A stretch of DNA of 64,000 bases, taken from positions 20,499-84,498 of the IMG/VR virus record IMGVR_UViG_3300031707_000006, one strand, 5' to 3'. The position numbers and the translations under genes are program-made. The notes beneath the pieces are model-generated. The model was not told the origin of the DNA. It saw only the letters and a program-made list of their open reading frames with translations, and did not search any database. Below are positions 55,681 to 64,000 of this stretch, piece by piece. The stretch comes from a virus. Each line of letters begins with the position of its first letter. Within the stretch, counting starts at the first letter, position 1.

Positions 55681-56712
55681 ATGGCTAGAAAACTTTTTGC
55701 AGATATTCTTGGAATAACTAAACCACTTGTAGTATCTGTAAATAATTCACATAATAATGCTACCGCGATGGCGACAATAACCGCCGAGGGAACTTCTATG
55801 GACATAGGTGATCCTATTTCTATTGATTTAGGTTTTACAGACGATCATGCTAATATCTTTAATGGTTGGGTAAAAGGAGTAGATAGACAAGTCCCCGAAG
55901 ATGTTTATACAATTACTGCACAAGATAAATTAGTACAGGCAATTGATTATTTTATTGTTTCTGCAAGCCCAGATGCCCCCTATAATTATGGAAAAGGAAT
56001 TTCTGCTGAAGATTTGGTAGATAAAGTATTAACTCTAGCGGATGTACCTTTAACACATAGTTGTATTGATCCAACTTTTTTTACTTTTGGGGTGAATAAT
56101 GATGTAGAAGTTAATCTTGTTTCTTCTTATGATTATGCGAAAATGATTGCTGATATTGTAACTTGGGGGGTATGGTGTGATCGTGCAGGAAATATTCATT
56201 TTGAAAATAGAAAACCATTTGTAATGGGGGCTGATCCTGGACAACCGGGTTGGGATGCGGATACTCCAATTAATGCTGATCCCTATACGGATGTTATTAT
56301 AATAGATAATACTTATAAAAGAACTGAAAAAGAGTTAAGAAATAGGGTAGTAGTCTATGGAGAAGGTGGAATTAAAGCAGACAAAAAAAGGGCAGACTCT
56401 TATGATCCTTTTGATGATTCTTATAAACAAATTCTTCCTGTAGGTTTTTATAAATCAGTTGTATGCTCTTATGGGTTTATTGGTACACAAGCAATTGCAG
56501 ATGATATTGCTCAATATAATCTAGATAAATTAAATAAGATTACTGAACAAGTTGCTGTAACAATGGAGGGAAAACCAGAATTGGAGGCTAGAATCGTGAT
56601 TCGATTGAAGGAAGATATTACTGAAATACCGAATAGTTTATGGTATACTTACTCCGTGGATCACGCGTGGAGCAAGGATGGCTACGTTTGTATGATGGAT
56701 CTTCGCCGTTAG
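55681..56712 (+). CDS. baseplate hub-like tail protein
   Basis: IFNGWV, ITAQDK, WCDRAGNIHF, LRNRVVVYG. Confidence 0.7.
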   Translation: MARKLFADILGITKPLVVSVNNSHNNATAMATITAEGTSMDIGDPISIDLGFTDDHANIFNGWVKGVDRQVPEDVYTITAQDKLVQAIDYFIVSASPDAPYNYGKGISAEDLVDKVLTLADVPLTHSCIDPTFFTFGVNNDVEVNLVSSYDYAKMIADIVTWGVWCDRAGNIHFENRKPFVMGADPGQPGWDADTPINADPYTDVIIIDNTYKRTEKELRNRVVVYGEGGIKADKKRADSYDPFDDSYKQILPVGFYKSVVCSYGFIGTQAIADDIAQYNLDKLNKITEQVAVTMEGKPELEARIVIRLKEDITEIPNSLWYTYSVDHAWSKDGYVCMMDLRR

Positions 56713-56719
56713 GCAACTT

Positions 56720-59700
56720 ATGACCTCACCCGTAATTGTTATTACCCACGCTGGAACTAATATTATAGATTATGTAATTTCCTATGAGAGAAATAAATTT
56801 ATTTGTACTGGAATAGGTACTTTTAACTTCTCTATAACAGATAACTATCCAAATGCGATTATGGAATGGGATACAATCGTTTTAAGGGAAGCAGGTAGAC
56901 GAAAAGGCACATATTTTGTAGTAGAGACATCTAGAAATGCAATTACTGGTTTAATGGATATTTCTTGTCAAGATGGTTCTTTAAGATTAACTTCTTATTT
57001 TATTCCAGATATTTATAATATAAATTATGCAACTTATGCAAGATATTGGATTGAAAAGTTCCTTACCGAAGCTGGAGTAACTTATGAATTTAACACCGAT
57101 TCACAAGGAGCATTATTATCTGAAAACTTCGCTCTTGGGCCAGCATCTGCATATGAAACCATTCAAACTTTATTACAGAACTCCGGTTGGTATATGTATT
57201 TTGATGGGGATAATACCTGTTGTATTGGGACACTCACTGTAGATCTTACACACCCTGAGAAAACAATTCGTGCGGAGACTCTTATATCCTTTTTAGGTAA
57301 GAAAGATGATAAGATGTTAAGAAATCGTGTGGTTGTTTGGGGAAACTATGATCCAATAGAACAAATGTGGGTATTTGCAGATGTAACTCAACATACCCCT
57401 TGGGATCGTAGTGAGAATGATATTAGAACAACCGTTTTATCTAATGCGGGTGTTCGAGGTTATGGAACAGCTTATGCCTTAGCAATGAGACTTTTACAAG
57501 AACTTGCTAGGATAACCTATACCAAAGAATTAGAAATAGCGGGAGAAGTTAATTTAGATATTGGTGATGTAGTAAAATTAAAAATCAAATATCATCGTGG
57601 AGATTGTTTAGTAACATCTATTGGTTCAAGAGCAACATCAAATGGATTAATTACAACAATGACAGTAGATCAACGTTGTCCTAGACTATTTGGGTATGTA
57701 GAATATTTAGATTATGTTTATGTAGGTACTATAGACGGAGGTGTGTGGAGAAAACCATTAGACAGTAATGCATGGGAAAGTTTCTCAACGGGATTAATTT
57801 ATTGGAATGTTCCCGATTTAATTATCAAGAATGGAATTTTTGCGTGTGTAGCTACGGACATAAGTGCTGGAGGCTATGCTTTTGTTAATACAGATAGAGT
57901 AGCAGATTGGCATATATATTTCCCATTATCATTAATTGATGGAGAGGGAATATCTTATGCATCCACAGATTTTGAAGCAGTAGCGGTAGATATAGATGAT
58001 TATTCTAATAATATCCTTATCGGATATAGACTAAGAAGTCCCAGATTTGATGGGGAATTTCGCTCTTGGATAGTAGAAATAACGCCTGATTTAGAATTAG
58101 TTAGTGTAAGACAAATATTTATTATAGATCAAGACCATCAAAACTTTAAATTAATTGATGTAGATAAATATGCTGCTGAAAGATTGTGTACAGCAGAGGG
58201 GCCAGCAGCCTATGCACCATCTGATCCGGGATTTTGGGGCACAAGAAAAGTTCGTCTATTTACTGATCCTGATCCTAAATCAGTTGTATTGGGGCCACCA
58301 CCAGAATGTGAAACCTATGATGATCCTCTAGTAGAAGTAGTATCCCATCTTGGTGCATATTATGAAGATTCAACAAATATCGTAGAAGGAAATGCAATCT
58401 CTGGTTTTTGGTCTAGTGGTTGGTTAACCTATTTTACATATGATTACTTTATTGGTGAAACACACTATGGTATAGAACATCCTATTGAGTGGCCTATACA
58501 GTATCATAATCCTTTTTCTGGTGATCCATATCTATTTGCTAGAATGGTTTATAGGAAATCCTTTGAGGCTTTAACTGAAGAAACGGCTGAAAAAGATAGA
58601 ATGTATCATGTGTGTGATATGGTTAAAACTGGTGGGGAAGTATATTTATATCACCATCAAATTACTCCTTTAGTAGAAGGGAATTCATACCAAATTCAGA
58701 ATGTGGATTTAGCTACTACAGAAAATATAGTCTTATTTGGGGAACAAACCATAGATGGTGCTTTTGCATTAGCAGGAATGAGAATTCTTGTAAAAGATCA
58801 AACTAATGCCATAGAGAATGGAATTTATTATGTTCATGCCCTCGCTGCATGGTCTCGTTCTATAACTGTTGCTTTAGATGAAACTTTACAGAATGGAATG
58901 TTTGTAAAAGTAGATGCCGGTGTTGAAAATAGATGGACGGCTTGGCAAGTAGAATCTGAGGGTTGGAATACAATTGATGTAGATGAGATTAATTTTGCAC
59001 GAGTTCTGGAATTAATAGCAGGAAGTGCAATGCGTTGTGGGGGGGAATCTGAATTTTTTATAGAACTTCCCAATGATGGTTATTATACACCTGAATTAGT
59101 ACGGTATCCAAGAATGAGAGAAGGGATAATATATTATTTATATGATGGTCATGTAAATGTTGCTACTGATCCTAATAATCCCTTCACTGGAAAGGGCACA
59201 CATTATTTTAAATTAGTAAAATATGATATTCTAAATAGTGTTATAACACACGATGAGGCCTATCAATATGATTATGTTGCTGTTTGGAAAACAAATATAA
59301 AAACCCACTCTCCCACCCAATTAATTCCTGCTGGAACCGGGGTAGGATTTGCTTTCTTTTTATTTACTTGGTATCCACAATGGGAAAGTAAGTGCGAACT
59401 TTGTGTATTTTCATTCACTTTAGGTGGGATTTCAAATGCAGTTACTGAATTATGGAAAGCTCCAAATTATCCTCCTGGAGGGCCAGGATGTGCTGCTGAA
59501 ACTGTTTATGCAAGTATTACTGAAAACGCTATTGCATGGACGGGCACAACCATGCATGGAGAAAATCCTTCTATAACATCTTATGGAAAATTCAGAGCAT
59601 TACTTACATCTTCTCTTCTATATTGGTGTTGTCTTGGTTATGGGCAACCAGAAGCTTTTGAACAAGCCCAAACTTTAGTAAGTGGGAATATTGATTTTAG

Positions 59701-60781
59701 AAATTTGGGGATAACATCAATGGAAACAGCAAGGGGTTGGGTTCTTGAAAATTGTACTAGACAACCTTATGATAATTTAGATTATGTTGAGCTCGGACAT
59801 AACTACGGTTCTATCTTTCCTCTATATATCAGAAATGGATCTCCATATTATATTTATGAAAATTGGACAGTTTATGATGCAAAGAACATTACTGCGGATG
59901 GTGCAATAATTGGTTATTTAAATCATACTGGATTAATCTCTCCCCATCAAGATGACTTCGATAATGGTATCTATGTTTTTGATCATGGGACTAAAAAAAT
60001 ATATAAAGAATCTATAGATGGTACAACACTTGCAACACTAAATGTTGAAAACTATAGTTGGCCTATAACAACATTTACTAATAAAATGTTATATTCTAAT
60101 GGTTATTTCTTTTTTATCCATACAAGTTATAAATCACAAGTTGATAGTCATCATATTCTAAAATTAAAGGATGAATTACTATTTCCAGGAAAAAATCTTT
60201 GTTATTTACTACAAGAAAATAAAACTGTAGGCACAACCAGAGGTTTAGATTATGAAATTAAAGATTATGACTTCTATGATTTACAACTAGAGAATTCTCA
60301 AGAATTTCCTTTGGTTGCATGGACAGTGGGGAGTGGGTTGATTGTATATTCTGGTTGTGGTGGAGTAATGTATGGATTTCCGCAACATTTAAAGTATTAT
60401 AGTGTAGAATTAGATAATACGACCATTGCTGGTGAATTTAATGATGCTAGAATTTTTACAATTACGGGAGATTTTGTAACTGAAGCTGGAACATTAACTT
60501 CAACAAATGGTAGATATATTGGTGTTGCAGATAGAAACGAAAATACATTCTCTATCATATCGTCTGAAAGTCTGACAGAAGATGATTTTGTAACCTTAGT
60601 GACTTTCTCAGGTACATCAGGAAAATTGGAAACATCCAATTCTGTATATCCATATATATTTGCAAGTACCAGTGGGGTTTGTTTTTATCAAAGAACGCCT
60701 GGTTCTGGTGCATTTGTAGATTATTCTCCTGGTGGGTTATTTGGTGAAATTCAGACTATAAGAATTGATGATCGTGTGTAG
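56720..60781 (+). CDS. large tail-tip protein (hub-like N-terminus plus beta-rich receptor-binding region)
   Basis: LRNRVVVWG hub motif, YVGTIDGGVWR propeller-like segment, internal fibre-type domain. Confidence 0.7.
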   Translation: MTSPVIVITHAGTNIIDYVISYERNKFICTGIGTFNFSITDNYPNAIMEWDTIVLREAGRRKGTYFVVETSRNAITGLMDISCQDGSLRLTSYFIPDIYNINYATYARYWIEKFLTEAGVTYEFNTDSQGALLSENFALGPASAYETIQTLLQNSGWYMYFDGDNTCCIGTLTVDLTHPEKTIRAETLISFLGKKDDKMLRNRVVVWGNYDPIEQMWVFADVTQHTPWDRSENDIRTTVLSNAGVRGYGTAYALAMRLLQELARITYTKELEIAGEVNLDIGDVVKLKIKYHRGDCLVTSIGSRATSNGLITTMTVDQRCPRLFGYVEYLDYVYVGTIDGGVWRKPLDSNAWESFSTGLIYWNVPDLIIKNGIFACVATDISAGGYAFVNTDRVADWHIYFPLSLIDGEGISYASTDFEAVAVDIDDYSNNILIGYRLRSPRFDGEFRSWIVEITPDLELVSVRQIFIIDQDHQNFKLIDVDKYAAERLCTAEGPAAYAPSDPGFWGTRKVRLFTDPDPKSVVLGPPPECETYDDPLVEVVSHLGAYYEDSTNIVEGNAISGFWSSGWLTYFTYDYFIGETHYGIEHPIEWPIQYHNPFSGDPYLFARMVYRKSFEALTEETAEKDRMYHVCDMVKTGGEVYLYHHQITPLVEGNSYQIQNVDLATTENIVLFGEQTIDGAFALAGMRILVKDQTNAIENGIYYVHALAAWSRSITVALDETLQNGMFVKVDAGVENRWTAWQVESEGWNTIDVDEINFARVLELIAGSAMRCGGESEFFIELPNDGYYTPELVRYPRMREGIIYYLYDGHVNVATDPNNPFTGKGTHYFKLVKYDILNSVITHDEAYQYDYVAVWKTNIKTHSPTQLIPAGTGVGFAFFLFTWYPQWESKCELCVFSFTLGGISNAVTELWKAPNYPPGGPGCAAETVYASITENAIAWTGTTMHGENPSITSYGKFRALLTSSLLYWCCLGYGQPEAFEQAQTLVSGNIDFRNLGITSMETARGWVLENCTRQPYDNLDYVELGHNYGSIFPLYIRNGSPYYIYENWTVYDAKNITADGAIIGYLNHTGLISPHQDDFDNGIYVFDHGTKKIYKESIDGTTLATLNVENYSWPITTFTNKMLYSNGYFFFIHTSYKSQVDSHHILKLKDELLFPGKNLCYLLQENKTVGTTRGLDYEIKDYDFYDLQLENSQEFPLVAWTVGSGLIVYSGCGGVMYGFPQHLKYYSVELDNTTIAGEFNDARIFTITGDFVTEAGTLTSTNGRYIGVADRNENTFSIISSESLTEDDFVTLVTFSGTSGKLETSNSVYPYIFASTSGVCFYQRTPGSGAFVDYSPGGLFGEIQTIRIDDRV

Positions 60782-60789
60782 GATAAAAC

Positions 60790-61941
60790 ATGAGTTTAAA
60801 GTTTGAACAAACTGTCTTTGAAATATTTGGGAATGTAGTGCGTTACTTAAAAGCCCAACCTCTTAATCTAGGTGGGTATATGGCATCTGGTGGGGGCGCT
60901 GGAGGCCCTCCAGGAGGTTTTATTGGGCAACTTCCCCAAACCAGAGTCTCCTATGACCTTACAGAAGCAGCAACTTTGGCTGTACCTTTTAGTGGTGCAT
61001 CCCTTATAGATAACTTAAATCATATCCGGTATAGATTAGGCACTGTAGAGGGTAGTGGCAATATGGGAGTTGATGTTTATGAGGATGGTGCAGTTATTGC
61101 TGAAGGAATTCACGTTGTAAATTTTATAAATCATTTTGACATAGAAACAAGTGGGCCAGATGGTGTAACCATAGCACTATTATCTAGTGGAGTATTGAGT
61201 GATGTTACATATTCTGGAGTTTACGGAGAAAATTTAACTCCATATATAAATGGAGTTGATTCTCATTTTGATTTACTTGGCACGGTAAATGATAATTCTT
61301 TAGAAGTATATTTTAATGGTATTCGACAATCTACTTCAGAATATACATTAGATGGGGATTATCAAGGATTTACTACTACTTTTGTTCCCTTAGTTGATGA
61401 TACTCTCCAAGTAGATTATATAGAGGCATATACTGGTGCTTTTCACACTCATAGTCAATATGCTTCAGCTTCTGGGGTAATGACTGTAGAACAAGTTCTA
61501 GCTCTTATTGCTACTAAAGCTAATCTTGCTCATTATCATACTGTGAGTGACATAACAGATTTACCAGACCCTCTTACAATAAATCAGCAAATTGTATTCA
61601 CAATCGCAAGTAGTGGTTATTTAACATCTGGCGTAAAACCTTTAAGAATATATGCTCACGATGTAAATGATCATGCCACAATCTCTGAAATATTTGTTTG
61701 TTTTAACACTCCTCCTGCAACAACTGCTGTAAGAATGAATGTACTAAAAAATGGTTCAACAATATTTAATGCGCCCACTTATGTAACAGTGGCATCGGGA
61801 GCATATACAGGAAGTAAAACAACTGGCTTTTTAGATGATACTTTTGTAAAAGACGATTATTTCCAGATAAAAGTCGAACAGGGGGATAATGCTGCTTCTG
61901 ATATGACACTTCATATTAGATTTAGTTATGAGTTAGATTAA
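60790..61941 (+). CDS. tail fibre/baseplate-associated protein
   Basis: EVYFNGIRQ...EYT, HYHTVSDITDL His repeat, C-terminal beta-sandwich. Confidence 0.65.
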   Translation: MSLKFEQTVFEIFGNVVRYLKAQPLNLGGYMASGGGAGGPPGGFIGQLPQTRVSYDLTEAATLAVPFSGASLIDNLNHIRYRLGTVEGSGNMGVDVYEDGAVIAEGIHVVNFINHFDIETSGPDGVTIALLSSGVLSDVTYSGVYGENLTPYINGVDSHFDLLGTVNDNSLEVYFNGIRQSTSEYTLDGDYQGFTTTFVPLVDDTLQVDYIEAYTGAFHTHSQYASASGVMTVEQVLALIATKANLAHYHTVSDITDLPDPLTINQQIVFTIASSGYLTSGVKPLRIYAHDVNDHATISEIFVCFNTPPATTAVRMNVLKNGSTIFNAPTYVTVASGAYTGSKTTGFLDDTFVKDDYFQIKVEQGDNAASDMTLHIRFSYELD

Positions 61942-61942
61942 T

Positions 61943-62497
61943 ATGACAAGTAAAATAGTGACTCTTACATATACTTCCTTAGATATACCGGTTGCTTCCG
62001 ATTGGGAGTTTGAAGAGGAAGCAGAAATAGATGATAATACTCCAGCATTTTATAGTATGCCTCCAGATGGACAAACAGGATTATTAGCTGGAGTAATATC
62101 TGCCGATCAAATCCCAGAAGGGGCTACAATTGATGGAATAGAATTTTATATAAAAAAGCAACAAAGGATTGATTACCTTACTACATATGATACTCATGTA
62201 ACAATTGCAAATAATGGAGGAGCTATCGGAGATAATAAGGCAGATACAGTTAATAAATGGCCCAACTCCTATCAATATTTTACTTATGGTGGTTCTACTG
62301 ATATGTGGGGGACTACTTTAACCGCAAATGATATTAATTCTGGGGATATTGCAGTAGGAATAGCAGGAACAAAAATTGGCGGAAGTTTGTGGATATTTAT
62401 GGATGTAGACTATATAAGAATTACAGTCTACTATACTGAAGGAGTAACCCCTCCTGCTGGCGAAAATCCTTATGGGCCTCTAATACAAGTAATTTAA
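61943..62497 (+). CDS. beta-sandwich virion protein
   Basis: IPEGATIDGIE...YGGSTDMWGTTLT...VDYIRITVYY. Confidence 0.65.
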   Translation: MTSKIVTLTYTSLDIPVASDWEFEEEAEIDDNTPAFYSMPPDGQTGLLAGVISADQIPEGATIDGIEFYIKKQQRIDYLTTYDTHVTIANNGGAIGDNKADTVNKWPNSYQYFTYGGSTDMWGTTLTANDINSGDIAVGIAGTKIGGSLWIFMDVDYIRITVYYTEGVTPPAGENPYGPLIQVI

Positions 62498-62522
62498 TAA
62501 TACTCAATTTTATATGTATTTA

Positions 62523-62531
62523 TGGTATAAT
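62523..62531 (+). promoter_or_regulatory. extended -10 promoter
   Basis: TGG-TATAAT in an AT-rich gap before an RBS and ATG. Confidence 0.45.
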
Positions 62532-62561
62532 TAATATGATATTAAATATAAAAGGAAGATT

Positions 62562-62684
62562 ATGAGTCCATTTAAATCGGAAAGACAAAAACGTTTTTTA
62601 TATGCAAAACACCCAAAAATTGCAAAAAGATGGTCAAAAAAGTATGGATCAAGGATAGTTAAGAGTAAAAAAAAGAAAAAATAA
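62562..62684 (+). CDS. 40-aa highly basic peptide (PFKS..Q.R...A..P.IA.RW type)
   Basis: MSPFKSERQKRFLYAKHPKIAKRWSKKYGSRIVKSKKKKK with AAAGGA RBS. Confidence 0.65.
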   Translation: MSPFKSERQKRFLYAKHPKIAKRWSKKYGSRIVKSKKKKK

Positions 62685-64000
62685 ATGGATACAATTCGTC
62701 CTGAACAATTAAAAGCTATTGATGTTCCCGCTAATAATGAAGTACCTTCTTATGATTCTGCTACAGAACAATTTGAATGGGTAGAGGCAGGTGTGGGTGG
62801 AGGACATACCATTCAAGATGAGGGGACTCCTCTTACTTCTAGAACTAATTTAAACTTTGTTGGTTCTGGTGTAGCTGCTACTGATGATGCGGGCAATAAT
62901 GCAACTGTTATTACAATAAATGGTGTTGCTGATCATGCTGCATTATCTAATTTAGCGTATGTAAATGCCGCACATACAGGATTTGAACCAACAGTTACTA
63001 AAGGGAACTTAACTGCAACTACTCCTGTAGTAATAGATCAGACAAGACAAGTTATTGGTGGCGCAGCAGTAATTTCTATTCCTAAAGCAACGACAACCAT
63101 TTCCGGTTATTTATCTTCTGAAGATTGGAATATTTTTAATAACAAATTAGATGCAACATTATTGTCTGATTTGGGAGACGTAAATGTTGCGGGAGTAACA
63201 GATGGACAACTCCTGGCCTATGATGGCGGAGCTGGAGAATGGATCGCTGTTGACCCAGGTGATGGTGTAGACGCCTATGTGGGTACAGAAATATATCGGA
63301 CTATAGTTGGGGTTGGTGGTGTAGCAAATATTGATATTACTAACATTCCTGCTGGATATGATGAACTGCGCTTAGTTATTTACGGTAAATCCGAAGAAGC
63401 CGATTCTACTGACGAGATACTTATCGCATTCAATGGTGATACAACTAACTCTAATTATCGCCGGGCAAGACTTTATGGTGGAGAAAGTACGGGTAGCGAC
63501 CAACAAGACAATAGACAAATTGGAGAACTAGGTGGAGCAGCCGATACGTTATGTATAGGTATGATTGAGGCCACTATCCCTGATTATTCAAGCGTTGCTT
63601 TCCATAAAGTTTGCAGATCAAAAACAGGAATCCGACAGCAAGTAAATATCTATGTAATGGACTATTTGTTAGCCTGGGAAAATCTTGCGGCAATAAACCA
63701 AGTTACATTTACATTAGCGTCCGGATCCGACTTTGCCGAGGGAACATTTGTAAATCTTATTGCTTACAAAAAACAAACTATTGGGGGTGGTGTCCACATA
63801 ACTACAAGAGTAGTTGCCTCACCCTACAATATTCTTGCGACGGACGAAATCGTATTTGTGGATACAGATAGTGGAGGCATCACAGTAAACCTTCCTGCGG
63901 GCAACGCAGGACGACATTACAAAGTGATCAATTGCGGCAGTGGCAGTCATGATGTCACGCTAGATCCCAACGGAACAGAACAAATTTATGGTGGTGGTGC
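62685..64000 (+). CDS. tail fibre protein, runs off the window
   Basis: Manual translation MDTIRPEQLK...IQDEGTPLTSRTNLNFVGSGV...GYLSSEDWNIFNNK...LSDLGDVN...GQLLAYD, typical fibre repeat motifs. Confidence 0.8.
   Translation, partial: MDTIRPEQLKAIDVPANNEVPSYDSATEQFEWVEAGVGGGHTIQDEGTPLTSRTNLNFVGSGVAATDDAGNNATVITINGVADHAALSNLAYVNAAHTGFEPTVTKGNLTATTPVVIDQTRQVIGGAAVISIPKATTTISGYLSSEDWNIFNNKLDATLLSDLGDVNVAGVTDGQLLAYDGGAGEWIAVDPGDGVDAYVGTEIYRTIVGVGGVANIDITNIPAGYDELRLVIYGKSEEADSTDEILIAFNGDTTNSNYRRARLYGGESTGSDQQDNRQIGELGGAADTLCIGMIEATIPDYSSVAFHKVCRSKTGIRQQVNIYVMDYLLAWENLAAINQVTFTLASGSDFAEGTFVNLIAYKKQTIGGGVHITTRVVASPYNILATDEIVFVDTDSGGITVNLPAGNAGRHYKVINCGSGSHDVTLDPNGTEQIYGGG

Noticed and set aside
48147-56712. 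Contractile (myovirus) tail
   Set aside because: No recognisable sheath or baseplate wedge genes; single tube gene, frameshifted chaperone and long tape measure fit a siphovirus
22846-62275. Minus-strand and out-of-frame short ORFs in the right arm (e.g. 25332-25592, 47522-47809, 52981-53220, 53002-53328)
   Set aside because: Overlap longer motif-bearing plus-strand genes and lack recognisable features
63611-63871. 86-aa ORF from the track
   Set aside because: Out of frame within the tail fibre gene that starts at 62685 and runs off the window
1-64000. Stop-codon reassignment
   Set aside because: Standard code gives dense full-length genes ending in TAA, TAG and TGA; no suppressor tRNA seen

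Overview
AT-rich segment of a large tailed (siphovirus-like) bacteriophage genome, organised as two divergent arms. The left arm (1-20.5 kb, minus strand) carries replication, recombination and nucleotide-metabolism genes: RNA ligase, two DNA methyltransferases, SLOG protein, dUTPase, HAD nucleotidase, Toprim primase, deaminase, 3'-5' exonuclease, resolvase, DnaB, SSB, RecA and family A polymerase. It also holds a small tRNA cluster with an unexplained ~225-nt structured RNA behind its own promoter. The right arm (20.7-64 kb, plus strand) carries packaging, head, neck and tail genes. A ~11.5-kb glycan biosynthesis/tailoring island (7-8 glycosyltransferases, an E1/RfbH dehydrase, GmhA, radical SAM, SAM methyltransferase, PAPS-reductase-like enzyme) lies directly upstream of the terminase large subunit, and another glycosyltransferase sits among the neck genes. 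Three LAGLIDADG inteins interrupt catalytic motifs, and there is one intact and two decayed homing endonucleases. The arms meet at a palindromic switch of face-to-face promoters overlapping ribosome-binding sites. All calls come from motif recognition by eye; no database searches were run and the host cannot be assigned.
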